DNA of 64,000 nt, from contig CM106585.1 in assembly GCA_048013815.1 (NCBI GenBank), positions 3,038,001 to 3,102,000 on the forward strand, given 5' to 3'. Of the stretch, positions 32,729 through 45,877 are shown one piece after another. The DNA comes from Setoptus koraiensis (taxonomy: Eukaryota > Animalia > Arthropoda). Position 1 is the first letter of the stretch. Each line of letters opens with the position of its first letter. The translations under genes and the position numbers were made by a program. A model generated the notes under the pieces. That model worked only from the letters and a program-made list of their open reading frames with translations, was not told where the DNA came from and did not search any database.

Positions 32729-33575
32729 CAGCGCTTAATTTTAATTAAGGGCTTATGATGTAGTGCTGTGGGATCCTGAAGATCACGCATGAATATCCAC
32801 GCACGGTATGATGGTGGATACTAAATTCGTGCATTTCACAGGATATTCACCAATTGTGCTATGGTGATTCACGCGCTGTGTGCTTGTGAATACTCCGACT
32901 TTGTATGCCAGTGAATATTCACGTACCGATTTATTTGTGGATATTCACAGTTTTCGATCTTTAGAGTCACGCGCTGTGTGCTTGCAAACATTAGCACTAG
33001 TATAATCAGTGCTTAGTGAGTGTGTAGGCTGAAATGTGCTTGGGAGGTGGGAAGTACATTCAAGCTTGAGACTTAAAAGTTCGTCCACCTCCCAAACACA
33101 CATTTACTAGGGAGGTGGATTGAATTTTAAGTCTCGGGCTCATGCAGAGGTTAATGTATAGTGAGGAGGTGGATCGATGCTATAACGAGATAGGTTAAGC
33201 TATTTCAAATAGCGTGGAGTGACAACTTAAGTCACTCCTCATCCCTAGCACACGGTTAGCTGCAGCTTGATTCAGACTTAAGTCATTCCTCCTCTTTAGC
33301 ACACAATAAACCACACATCAGTTTGAGACATGAGTCATTGCTCCCTAGCACACAGTAAGCTCGACACTAGTTTGAGAATTAAGTCACTCCACCTTCTAAG
33401 CACACAGTGTTCTACACACTAGTTTGAGACTCAAGTCGATCCACCCCCTAATACACAGTAAGCTACAGCTTGACGGAGACTTAAGTCGCTCCGCCTCCCT
33501 CGCACAAAGAAAGCTACAGTTTGATTGGAGATTCTAGTCTCTCAATTCCTGTGTTAAAGTATCCAAACATTACAC
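32729..33575 (+). mobile_element. HINE 5' portion with ~45-bp internal tandem repeats
   Basis: CAGCGCTTAATTTTAATTAAGGGCTTATGATG start; reverse complement of 13130-13790. Confidence 0.7.
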
Positions 33576-33604
33576 ATGTTAACTCAACGGAGATTTGAGT
33601 TTCG

Positions 33605-33879
33605 TGATTCCCGTGTTAAAGTGCATGCACTGAGTTCCAGATGGATGTTCACTACCAAATATCTCCCAAATGGAGAGATTGAGCGATATAAGGCGAGGTT
33701 GGTCATTCGAGGTTTTACGCAACGCCCTGGTCTGGACAATTCCGACACGTTCGCACCCGTAGTCCACCTTGAATCAATCAGAATACTCTTCGCGATTATT
33801 ACTCATTTCAGATTGGAGACAATCCATTCGATGTGCAGACAGCCTTTCTCAACGGCGAGTTAGAGGAAGACATTTATAT
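33605..33879 (+). pseudogene. Ty1/copia reverse transcriptase fragment
   Basis: SRWMFTTKY..ERYKARLVIRGFTQRPGLD.SDTFAPVV; DVQTAFLNGELEEDIY after a frameshift. Confidence 0.88.
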
Positions 33880-34320
33880 ACAAGTAATATTGATCAAATC
33901 AGTATTTCGAGCGCTTAATTTATTGGATGGACAAGTATGATTGGAATATAGAAGCGAGCATGTGATAACAAGTCGGAGATAACCATCTAGATTTACAGTT
34001 ATGTGCCTTTGACTGTGTTAATAGTGCGTGTGATAGCTGAGATCTCTGAATTTTTCTAGAGACAGCGAGCACTGTCTCACACACGATCTGTGCGAATTCA
34101 ATCAATTTTCTGTTTCTAGTATTGGCGCTATAGGCCATTTTTGGGCACAAAGGGTAATTGAGTATGTTCGATTTTGGAAACTGATCTCACCAGGATAAAT
34201 TCCTGAAACTTTCTAGAGACAGCTAAGACTGTGCCATACACGATCTGTGCAAGTTTAATCAATTTTCTGTCTCTAGTATTGGCGCTATGGGCCATTCCTA
34301 GGCACATGTGCCTCTACAAG
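33880..34320 (-). mobile_element. HINE 3' portion
   Basis: ACAAGTAATATTGATCAAATCAGTATTTCGAGCGCTTAATTT at 33880. Confidence 0.7.
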
Positions 34321-34539
34321 GCTGTGTGACGCACAAATGCACTGTGGAGGCTAGCGTAGCCTTTTTAGTTCAAAAAATAAGAATTTCGCGACCACCCTTT
34401 ACTAGCAAACCGTCGAAATTGAAAATAATCGTAGAAAATTAACACAACTAATCGTAGAAATAGAAAATTAACACAACTAATCGTAGAAATAGAAAATAAC
34501 GACTGAGCGTAGGGATAAATATCAACACAAACAACAACA

Positions 34540-35082
34540 ATGAGCAGACAAGCAGCAGCCAACCGCAACGAGAATCCACCACGACAAATACCAATTAACC
34601 CACGAGACGGGTGTTACATCTGTTGGAAAATTCCTAAAAAGGTACCCCGTATGATCGACTGCGGACATTCGTTTTGCCGCCACTGCATCATTGGTTGAGT
34701 TGGATTCCAAAATAACGATCCGGATCGGATCGAACGTAGAAGAGACCCACATGGAAACATCGTGGAGCAAAGAATAAGATCTCAGTGCCCAGTCTGTCGA
34801 GCAAGAATAACAATTCGTCACAGAATGACGACTGAAGAGGTCGAACCGATATTCGAGCCATTAATGGATATCGAAAATATCCCAATAGCTCCAATCCCAG
34901 AGCAAAATCCAGAAGAGGTTCATCAGCAACAGGAGGATCGAGGGATTGGCGACGAACAAGAAGTTCAAACCGTTGAAGAATTACCAGATCGAATAGGCCA
35001 ACAAGAAGCTCCCTATCCAGGAGAAATAATAAGTTGTTCAGGAAGAGGAATAAGCGTTAAGTACCTGTACTGTACTGTGTGA
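34540..35082 (+). pseudogene. RING-HC (C3HC4) finger ORF with one in-frame TGA (34696) and an E/Q/P-rich tail
   Basis: CYICWKIPKKVPRMIDCGHSFCRHC...CPVC in one frame from ATG 34540. Confidence 0.7.
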
Positions 35083-35308
35083 TAGATGAGGATGCTCATG
35101 CTCTCAGCTATGACACACACATTTAGCACAGCCAAAGGCACGCAAAAATTTGAACAGTGTAATAGCTGAGAATTGAACAGTTCTCAGCTATGACACACTA
35201 TAGGAAATAGGCTAGCATTGACTAGGTTATATATTGCTTTTATATATATACTACTTTATTGATAGCATGATACAGACTAACTATTGTTTAACCAATTATA
35301 TATATATA

Positions 35309-36450
35309 GGTTGTTCTAGCGATTAGGTCCCAGCGCCGATTATGATGAAACTTCCGGTACAGGTTCATCTTGACCCAAAACCATCAGGAAAAGTGGTCCG
35401 GAAGTGCGGAAACTTCCGGTTCCGGTTTTACCTTAAGTTGCTTCTAGAGAGTTGAAACTCATCAGAATGACGTTCCAGATGACGATCAACACAATGACAT
35501 AAGATTTAGCGGGTGTTCTTTCGATTAGGTCCCCACTCAGAATTCGATGAAACTTCACACACGGGCCCCGCAGGGGCCCCACATCATGGATTATGTGGTC
35601 CGGAAGTGCGGAAACTTCCGGTTCCGGTTTTACAAAAAGTTGAAGCTAGAACTCTGAAAATTCAGAATCAGGTAGGTGACCTCTAGCGGAGCACGATAAA
35701 ATCAAAATAAATCTAATATCACTTCCGGTTTGCTAGATATCGCGGTTAAACTGAAATTAGAGGTGCGGCCGGGCCTGTGCGGTTGCGGTGAGCGGGCCCA
35801 TCATGTGCACGGACTGCGCAACACCATGTATTGGCTTGTAAATCAATTGATTCGTCTCTGTATTATCCTTATCCTTGGTGATACACATTCTTATGATGGA
35901 AATTAATTCACTACAAGGATGCATGGAGTATTCCCACTTGTCTCATCCTTATTTTTGGTCCCCCGCCTCCATTTGTGGATGGATTGCGGTCATGTGAGCG
36001 GAGGGTAGAGGGCGCAGCCCGATACCCGAAGCGCTCATCAACCCTACCTGAAGGGTTCCCGTCGCACGCAGTCGTCGCGGGAGCGACGACGGAGATGTGA
36101 CGGCCTCCAGAATACGAGGCCGCAGGCCGAGTTCTCAGACCCGCCGCATGTTAATCATCCCCGAGCGCAGCGAAGCAATGATTTGGTCACTTCCGGTCTT
36201 CAAACCCCGCAAATATGACTATATCTAGAAAACCGGAAGTCGCACAGATCTGAAAATTATTCCATCGTGTTAAGAGTAGCCTGAAACGTCACTCCAGTGA
36301 ATTTCAGAGCTCTAGCTTCAGTTTTTTGTAAAACCGGAACCGGAAGTTTCCGCACTTCCGGACTACATTCTCAGCTCTATTGGGGTCAAGGGGAACCTAC
36401 ACCGGAAGTTTCATCAAGATCGGAGTGGGGACCTAATCGAAAGAACAACC
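35309..36450. mobile_element. Hairpin-core TIR element(s): partial arm at 35309 plus near-complete copy 35511-36450
   Basis: Family termini and reversed core at ~35985-36140; no TSD match. Confidence 0.8.
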
Positions 36451-36581
36451 GGTGTATCTATCCAGATGGTTATCTCCGACATGTCGTTACATACTCGCTC
36501 CTATATTCTTATCATACTTGTCCATCCAAAAAATTAAGCGCTCGAGATACTGACATAATCAGTATCACTTGTTCTAATTAG

Positions 36582-37081
36582 NNNNNNNNNNNNNNNNNNN
36601 NNNNNNNNNNNNNNNNNNNNNNNNNNNNNNNNNNNNNNNNNNNNNNNNNNNNNNNNNNNNNNNNNNNNNNNNNNNNNNNNNNNNNNNNNNNNNNNNNNNN
36701 NNNNNNNNNNNNNNNNNNNNNNNNNNNNNNNNNNNNNNNNNNNNNNNNNNNNNNNNNNNNNNNNNNNNNNNNNNNNNNNNNNNNNNNNNNNNNNNNNNNN
36801 NNNNNNNNNNNNNNNNNNNNNNNNNNNNNNNNNNNNNNNNNNNNNNNNNNNNNNNNNNNNNNNNNNNNNNNNNNNNNNNNNNNNNNNNNNNNNNNNNNNN
36901 NNNNNNNNNNNNNNNNNNNNNNNNNNNNNNNNNNNNNNNNNNNNNNNNNNNNNNNNNNNNNNNNNNNNNNNNNNNNNNNNNNNNNNNNNNNNNNNNNNNN
37001 NNNNNNNNNNNNNNNNNNNNNNNNNNNNNNNNNNNNNNNNNNNNNNNNNNNNNNNNNNNNNNNNNNNNNNNNNNNNNNNNN
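36582..37081. other. Assembly gap (500 N)
   Basis: Run of N. Confidence 1.
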
Positions 37082-37571
37082 CTAACTTCCCGTGCGCTAG
37101 ATCCTAATTGTCAACAGCTAGCCTTCTACTTTGCTAGATCCACCTAGTTTGCATCTCAGCCTTCTCTGTATCATTGTCTCCTAGTGATTCTGCCTCCTAG
37201 CTGTTCCTCTGTTAAATTTAACAAACCAACATTTAAGCGTTCTATTGCACTAAATCTACCTAGTTTTCGTCTTTCTAGCTTCCCTAGTGCTAATTCCAAT
37301 TTGTAAACAGCTAGCATTCTCGGTTCTAATTTTGACTAGTAAGCATCTAAGCTTCCACTGTATAATTGTTTTCCAATGACTCCGCCTCCTAGCTTTCACT
37401 GTACTAACAATCTAGGTAAATTTAAAACGATAAAACCTACCAGATGCTTCCCGATGCCTTCCTTGTGCTAATTTTCCCTAGATAGAAAATTGCACTGATT
37501 TGTTCTACTCACGTGAATAAACGTATCCATCATCACCACACGAATAGCTACTTAATTAAAATTAAGCGCTA
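37082..37571 (-). mobile_element. HINE 5' portion running into the gap
   Basis: CTTAATTAAAATTAAGCGCTA at 37551-37571; reverse complement resembles 6485-6900. Confidence 0.7.
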
Positions 37572-37579
37572 AAAATATT

Positions 37580-38182
37580 ATTGGCCTGATTTAGACAAAG
37601 ATGTTGAGAAATTTGTTGCCAGTTGTGATAAATGTCTCAGACGAAAAGTAACTCCAGTTAGTAAACAAGGTTCAAGTGAAGGGATATCATGTGACGAAAC
37701 ATTCAAAATGTGGGCACTCGACTTTATTGAAGAGAGGAAGACAACGAAAGAGAGCAATAAATATATCCTTGTTGCCATTGATGTTTTTAGTCGAATTGTA
37801 GAGGCTATCGCAACCAAAGATACGAGCGCGAGCACAGTTGCTCGCTTCGTGATCAACTCTATCGTCTGTCGATATGACAATGACTCCTCATTCGCATCTA
37901 ATCTGATGAGTGAAGTGACTAAGATACTTGAGATCAAATATACACAATCAACGCCATACCACTCGAAAGAGAATGGCGTAGTAGAGAGAGCTAATCGCTC
38001 GCTTCAAGACAAAATTGCTCTGTTAAATAAGCATGAAGATGAGTGGGATTTATCATTACCCCTAGCTGTGTTTGCGTTAAATAGAAGTTACCACCGTGGC
38101 ACCAGACACTCACCACATGAAATGATATTTGGCAGAAGCTTGAAAATGCCATGTGACCCTCTCAACAACCAATCGAGGGAAG
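37580..38182 (+). pseudogene. Ty3/gypsy integrase fragment
   Basis: YWPDLDKDVEKFVASCDKC..WALDFI..YILVAIDVFSR..DNDSSF..STPYHSKENGVVERANR..SPHEMIFGR. Confidence 0.9.
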
Positions 38183-38445
38183 ACAAGTGATACTGATTCG
38201 ATCAGTATCTCGAGCGCTTAATTTTCTGGATAGACGAGTATCGTTGGAATATACTGGGTGGAAAGGGACCTTTGTTGCGCCGTGTGCCAGGGTAGGGCAT
38301 TTCTTTGCGTATTTTGTCGTTGTTTTCGTGTGCTTTGTGTGCTTTATGCCAACTAGAAAAAAAATAGCACTGATTTATTCTGTCACGTGAATAAACCTAG
38401 TCATCATCACCACCCCAATAGCAACTTAATTAAAATTAAGCGCTA
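38183..38445 (-). mobile_element. Minimal HINE (263 bp) with both ends
   Basis: 3' hairpin/subTIR at 38183-38225 and 5' subTIR/IR at 38425-38445. Confidence 0.75.
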
Positions 38446-38715
38446 AAAACAATTGTGTCCGAAATTTACCCTCTGCACCTAGCCCCCCCCCTACCTTGTG
38501 TACCTTACCCGCCGTGCGAGCAGAGACGGCTCTGTGACGACGGGCAGGTAGCGCAGAAAACAGTTGTTGTTTGTGCTGATGCACACGGCGCAACAAAGGT
38601 CCCTTTCCACCCAGTAGATGCGAGTATGTGACAACATGTCGGAGATAAACATCTATGCCTGTCAGATCAGAGTAGCCGAAAAGATGACAGAATAAATACA
38701 AGTTCTCCAAATTTC

Positions 38716-39633
38716 GGGGCTTGTTCGGAAAGACGACACACCCCAATTTTGGTATTTCGTGTATTTTTGGGTGGGGTATGATGCCCTGAGACCGGAAAAG
38801 GTATTCCGGAAGTGCGGAAATTCTTCGTTCCCGAGATACCCGAGGTACCGCATTGTGGGTATTTCAGGGTATTTGTGGGCACATTTGGGGTACGGGCAGC
38901 CGTATCCTCCCGCATTCACATACGGTGTGGTGCTGATGGTCGATTATCGAGGCTAGATTCGACCTAACGGTCCCAGGAAGAGCATGAAAGTAGTTTAACT
39001 TAATGGGCGTGACCAATGGATGCAGCGCGAAGCACAGCTCCGGCCGCTGGATCATCGACGGGATTCTAAGCACGTACTTCGAGGCTGCGCCCCTCAGGAT
39101 ACGCCACGATGTGCGGGTGGGCCTTTGGCCCACCCGCATAGGCCGGCCTACCGTCCACGCCGTCGGCCGAAGGCGTGGACGGTAGGCCGGCCTGCCTCGT
39201 GACGGCCCTACGGGCCGTCCCGCATCCCGAGAAAGGATCGTTTCCCGTAGGCTGGAGGTCGAGTGGGCGGGGCCCGCGATCGGACTGGGTTTTATTCGAG
39301 CCCGCTTCCAAGTTGCCAGCTTGAACAAACGATTAGGCCAGAGAGACTACCCGATTCGCGTTTAATCTCGGACCGGAAGTGCTAGATTAAAAAAACAGTG
39401 AATTTCTCGAGATCAGGTTCTCAAATATGATTCGATCTAATGGAATCACGTACATCGTAGTGGAAACTGGGCGATTATATCGAAATATATGGTAAAAAGC
39501 ATCTGTGAGACAAAAAAAAATGGATTTTTTGATATCTCCGGAAGTGAAAATTTCCGCACTTCCGGACTGTCATATTTGAACCTGTGTTGAGTTTGATCGA
39601 AATCAGAGTGTGTCGTCTTTCCGAACAACACCC
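38716..39633. mobile_element. Hairpin-core TIR element with the type-2 core
   Basis: GGGGCTTGTTCGGAAAGACGACACAC / GTGTGTCGTCTTTCCGAACAACACCC; 8-bp TSD CAAATTTC. Confidence 0.88.
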
Positions 39634-40359
39634 CAAATTTCTATCGCAGCATGGTACACATGTTGATTGCTTGCGTATGAAATCTAGTAAGATTCTAATG
39701 GTCAGTTACGTCACAATGAGTAATTTAGTTAGGCACACCAATAAGTCAATGGCGCACACTTTTTTATAGTGCATCAATTTTGAAATTCGAAGTTCGAAAT
39801 GTGACCATCGAACTTTGAATTTTCACCGGCGAACTTCGAATTGTGACCATCGAACTCTGTACGAGCACCTGGAACTAGTATCGGAAATTGAGCACGAAGA
39901 AGGTTATTTCAATGGTGGGGAATTTCGCAGCACCTTAGTATAATTTGAACAATGGTTGATTGATGTTTAAGTATCTCAACATTACACATGCTAACCTTAT
40001 GGAGATTTGAGTTTCTCAATTTCTGTGTAAAAGTATCTTAACATTACACGTGTTAACCCTATAGAGATTTGAGTCTCTCAATTTCTTTGTTAAAGTTTCC
40101 AAGAAAAAAAGATTGAAAATTCATTCGAAAGCCACTAAATTCGCACTGTCGGACAGTCTATCTACGGCTATCTAGTGTGCGAAAATTGGCAATTTCATCT
40201 TGACTAACTTGGAAACTATGGCTGATTTTTGAAATTAAAATAGTGCATGAAAATGCGGATGCATCATAGCGATCAAGTACAGTTTAAATATAGATGCGAG
40301 TATGTGATAACATGTCAGAGTTGAACATCTATGCCCGTCGAATCAGAGTAGCCGTAAAG

Positions 40360-43300
40360 GGGTTGGTACATTTTCGTCGACATTACATGTTTGTCGACAG
40401 GCCATTTTCGTCGAACGCCAGTTTCGTCTAACGCCAGTTTCGTCTAACGCCAGTTTTGTCGATGCACAGTTTTGTCGATGCACGGTTTTGTCGACAGTGC
40501 ATGTTGGTCGAAATGAATAAATATCTATGATATTCACATGAGTATCCAACACACTTTTTGTCAATTGAATGCATAATGATGGTTCATCGCGAACAATCAT
40601 ATCCTCGGAAACTTCACTAGAGGATAGTGATTAATCTGATGAGATAGATGCATGGATATGGGTGATGGAAAGTGTATGAGCAGCATTCGGAGGATTGGCA
40701 AGGACCAGGTGGTCCTAGAGAGAGGAATACGGGAGGACAAGTTGGTCCTAGAAAGAAAGAGCGCTGAGGACAGATATGTCCTGGTCCTTTTAAACCTACA
40801 GAAAGACCAACGACAAACAGCAAACAAACCAACCAACCAAACTAACAGACCAACCAACAAACCAACCAACCAACCAACTAACCAACCAAAAGACCAACCA
40901 ACAGACCAACCGCCAAATTCGAGAAAATCGGCAAGGACAAGGTGGTCCTAGGGATGATAAGACGGTAGGACAAGTCAGTCCTAGCGTGGAAAAGCGCTGA
41001 GGACAAAGTAGTCCTGGGATGAAATTGAGCACGGACCGATTGCTCTTGGGATAATATTGAGCTAGGACCGAGTGGTCCTAGAATAGAGTGAAGTAAAAGT
41101 ATTGCCGAACTCGGCTTTATTATCCATTTAAACATCGATCAGACCTTTTATAGTTGAGCTAAGAGCGTACAGGAAGTCGTCTTGCGAGTAACATGCTTTA
41201 GATTCGAAGACAGACATGATTTTCTTCTCTTTTTGGTAGAATTTCGTGCCTTCTTTGCTGTCCTCACCTCTTTCTGCTCTGTTGACAAGATTCATCTGAT
41301 AATGATGTTCTTCTCTGAGTTTGTTCAGGATGAAATTGAAACCCGGGTGTGCCTTCCCAACTACAACTCTAATGCGCCTATGCCAGGCTTCAACACAATT
41401 TCGGGTACGGGGAAGACCCTCAGTCATAAGCTCAGATACTGACCAGAATTGAGGAGAATACTGAGCCCACATTGACTTCTGACCAAGGGTAGTCGATATG
41501 TAATTCCTCTTGAACCAATCTAAAAATTGGTCAACGTTGTCGTCATCAACTGGGAAGAAAATTGACTAGTTATCGAATGCTTCTTCGATCTCATTCGGAT
41601 CCAGGAATGCAAGAGCGATTAACTTCCTAACTGATACATTGAATGCACTATTCACTCCATATTCTTTCTTCAGTCCATTGCTGACCACAGCACGAAAGAT
41701 TATCTGGCCACAATGGAAAAGGCAGCCATGATGCTTAGAAGATGGAAACTCAACGCGGCAAGCTTTTATCGAAGCCCTCTCAAAGTCCGTTAAAATGAAT
41801 TTTGGTTGAAATAACAAATCGTGATGCACCATGTAAGCTTTTAAGTCTGTTAGGCAAAGCCTTGTTATATACTTTTTCTATATGTCTTTATTCATTTGAT
41901 ACGTAATACATAATGATCACTTCCCGCGATCATTCTCTCTTTTATAATAAACTTAGTATTTGAGTCTCGACTCAGCCATGACGCTGAGTCCGACTCTGAC
42001 AAGTCGATGAACAAACGCCTGTATGACGAGTAAGTTTTGTTTGTCATCAATGCGAATAGAAGTGGGAAAGCCCGTTTACCGGTTCCGATGCCGGCGATTC
42101 CGAAGATTGTATACAGTTGATAAAACAAGTTTGGAACAACATAGAAAGTCCCGTCCATAATTATCTCGGACTTGCCTAGAGATGAAATAATTTTGATTGG
42201 AAATGTGAGTTATCTCGCTTTAAAATCACATTCTATCACCAGAACGGCAAGATCCAGCAGAAATCGCTTAAGGACTGGTAGGTCCTGAGTAGATTTTTGT
42301 TAAGGACCGGTCAGTCCTTGACGAGAAATTCTTCAGGACCAAGCTGTCCTTAACCATAACTTCAATAATGTATCATGAGAATGCTAAAAATAAGGCTACT
42401 TACTGAGTAATTTCATAGATTCGTAGCTTCCAAAGGTGATAATGCGCTCATTATCTTCTGTTATAGAGTCGCTCACTATGAAGTGTAACATATCCTCAGG
42501 AATCAATATATCGTTCAATGAAACCGGCTCCCTCATACCGCTTGATTTCCTCGCATTCAATATTGTTCTCAACTGATTTCTTGTGCTGTGCAAACTGGCT
42601 AGCTCATCTCTAGTGAGACTTGTCTGACTCTGGTTGATCAATACCGATGGGCTAATATTGTCAGAGACTGATTGCCTCAGGATATCAAAGTAATCTAGCC
42701 TTGCTTTGTTAGTTGGCGAGGACACATGGCAGTGGTCTTTTCCGTTCTCAGTGATGTTGCTGTGAACATCATCCATTAAATCGGAAGTGAATCGTGCTGG
42801 ACAACTATGGGGAGCATATGCAGTACATTTCCAATAGGACTTCTTCACTGAGCTAACTTTAGTTTCTCTTATTCTTTCTTGGTGGAATGAATATCCCTCT
42901 ATTATACCAATGGTCTTGCCTCTTTTAGTCTTAGATAATTCTAGCAGCTTTTCCTCGAGCAATCCCCAACGGTCTGTCTGGCGCCAAGATGGCGCCAGAC
43001 AGACAGTTGATAATCATCTTCCTGTTTACGTTAAAGTAGACAAGCGAGTGATAATAACATAGCCTTCGACGGACAAGAGTGTCCTGCACAACTTTTTGTT
43101 AAAGGACCAGTTGGTTCTAATGGCTTTACGTGCAAGGACCGATCGGTCCTTGGAAGCATTTTACTGTATGTATTCCGATATGTATTCAGAGCATGGTCAT
43201 ATCACGATACATTCAAGGAAATTCATGAGATCTAGAAAAAGATTTTGAGAGGAGGTCCTTAATAAATGATTTTCACTAATTCAATCGCCTATTGACACCC

Positions 43301-43466
43301 TGTATACGAGAGATATTCATGTGAATATCATGGATATTTATTCATTTCGACCATCATGCACTGTCGACAAAACTGTGCATCGACAAAACTGGAGTTCGAC
43401 GAAACTGGCGTTCGACGAAAATGGCCTGTCGACAAATGTGTAATGTCGACGAAAGTGGCGTAACCG
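40360..43466 (-). mobile_element. Mutator-like element (FLYWCH-MULE transposase in several pieces, ~180-bp repeat-rich TIRs)
   Basis: GYSFH..YWKC..CPAR..HCH; MDGTFYVVP.LFYQLYTI; TDFERA..GCLFH; PRT.N.VEAWH. Inverted repeats 40361-40546 / 43311-43465; 9-bp TSD GCCG(T/A)AAAG within a HINE. Confidence 0.88.
40826..40912. repeat. (AACC)n-rich microsatellite inside the MULE
   Basis: aaaccaaccaaccaaactaacagaccaaccaac... Confidence 0.85.
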
Positions 43467-44339
43467 GCCGAAAAGATGACATAATAAATACAAGTTCTTC
43501 AAATTCCCATCACAACGTGATACACATGTTGACCGACTACTCTGATCGGACAGGCATAGATGTTCATCTCTTACATGGTGTCACAAACTCGCATCCATAT
43601 TCCAACGATACTCGTCCATCCAAAAAATTAAGCGCTCGAGATACTGACGGAATCAGTATCACTTTTTCTTTCTTGTTGGTATGTTTTCCAAGCGTCCGAG
43701 TCACCAATAACTCCTTTTGGAACCAGTCATGTTGTCGCAAACGTTGTATAATGCCGCCGAGCCGCGGGCATTTTTCCAGGGAATTATCTCTAGTGGGACC
43801 ACACCAGTTGAATTGCCCGGTTGAGGCTCTATTTCCTGTTCAGGAGGCTCCACCTGAGGAGGCTCTTCAGGCAGAGGCCTGACTTCATCGTAAGCCATAT
43901 TATAGGTTCGTCTTATGACCACTCTACCTATTGGGTAGTCGGTCGGGCCTCGTATATATATTGGTTCATTATATTCGTCAAAGACGATATGGCCATCATC
44001 GGTTCGCTTTATTATCTCCCGATTAGGCCTTGAGCGCCGCGCCTCCTGGTGGCCGTCGAGGCAGACTGCGCAAAAACTATGCCCGCAATTCTAATGAATG
44101 GGTATATACTTTATTTCGAAGCATATAGTGCAGTTTTCTCTCGGTTCAAACGGTTCTGGCCTTCCGGCAGAGCTGGGGAGAGTTCTGGACATGATTGGGT
44201 TGCTTTTTCTGAAGAATCGGCTTAATTCGAGTTTTTTTGGTGTCAGGGCGGACGTGATAGCTCGCAGAAATTTTAGAAACCAATTCTCATTTTTTTGAAA
44301 TTTGAATTTCGCGCTATTTTTCCAACACGTGTTTTGCAA

Positions 44340-44793
44340 ATCCTACGGTGACATACTCATTTAACATGGCGATTCTAAGAAATCGAAAATTCGAATTTTC
44401 GATGAGAGTTTCAGGTGCTCGTTTGGAGTTCATTGGTCGGTGTTCTAATTCGATGGTCACAATTCGAAATTCGAAAATTGAAAAATCGATTTCCTGATAG
44501 GAGTTCCAGCCGCTCGCTCAAAGTTGGTTGATCAGTATTCTTAGTTCGATGGTAAAAGTTCGATGGTCACAACTCGATCTTCGAAATTCGAGATTGATGC
44601 ACTGTAGCAAAGTGTGCGCCATTGACTAATTGGTGTGTCTAACTAACTCTGTCATCTTTTCGGCTTCTCTCATCTGACAGGCTTAGATGTGTATCTCCAA
44701 CATGGTGTCACATGCTCGCATCCATATCCCAACGATACTTGTCTATCCGAAATATCAAGCGCTCGAGATACTGATTGAATCAGTATCACTTGT
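44340..44793 (+). mobile_element. HINE 3' portion
   Basis: TTCGAT-rich internal repeats; ends AAGCGCTCGAGATACTGATTGAATCAGTATCACTTGT. Confidence 0.65.
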
Positions 44794-45877
44794 TATGCTG
44801 TGCCTCTGCCATTGGCAGATTATTGCGCCGATGGAATATCCGGAAATATCATCGAGGATATCACTAAAAGCGGTAAAACTGGTGTTATAATTGCTTATCA
44901 GCGTGGACCATTCGGGCCAGGGTGTAATATCGCCCTTAATCTGATATTTGTTGCATCTAATGGACATTACTTGTTTGGGACTGTGATCTATCCAAACTCC
45001 AGTCCTATAGTATCTGGACGGGACGCCCATAACAGATCTGAGGAGTTAATGGTCTCCAAAGCTCAACTGAAGGTTGCACTGGAGATGTGCTATCTCCCCC
45101 ATCCACCTGAGAGCACACAGCCCGCTGCGGATGATTTCAACGTTAGGCCACAGGTCATGTACCTCAATCTCAACTTGCCAACGTATTCTCCGGGATTTTC
45201 CAATTTTATCAGGGCTTTCAACATGGGTTATCTTTGTGATGCCTTGGTACGTCATCTTTTTCCGAAGTTACCCGAAAAGAAGATAATTAACTATGTTGAA
45301 AATGCTCAAGTCAAGTATTCTCTGGCTACTTATGTTCAAGCTCCAATGCCCATTAGAGTGGAGGCTATTAATATTAGCTATAGTTCTATGGATCACTCCT
45401 TTGGCCGGGCGATCATAGCCAGTGTTCTGGCTATGGTCGCCAGTAGGATGATTAATTACAACGTTAAGGGGACTGTCAAGTTGCCTGCACCCCAATATTA
45501 TGGTGGTAAAGGGGTCGATGATATTCTGGCTTTTGCCAATCGAGTTTATTCGCTCTTCACATGATTTGTTGTTTGGGGTTCAACAATTTCGTCTCTGATT
45601 ACAAATCCTCCGCAAGCTATTCGGATGGTATGGACTACGTACGATATACGCCTTTGGTACTGCCGCTCGCACTGCCCACTGGACTCATCTACATGGTGTT
45701 TGTGAATCCTGAGTTGGACTCGAAACTTTCTCATGTATTCATACTCACTGATGGTAATAACAGACCAGACGATTATTATGGTCTCAGTGATCCTGTGGGC
45801 ATATTGCTGCAGGCCAGCCGCATATTCAAATTTATCAGCGCCCTCGAGCCTTGTACTTTCCAAGTCTCTCGTCTTAT

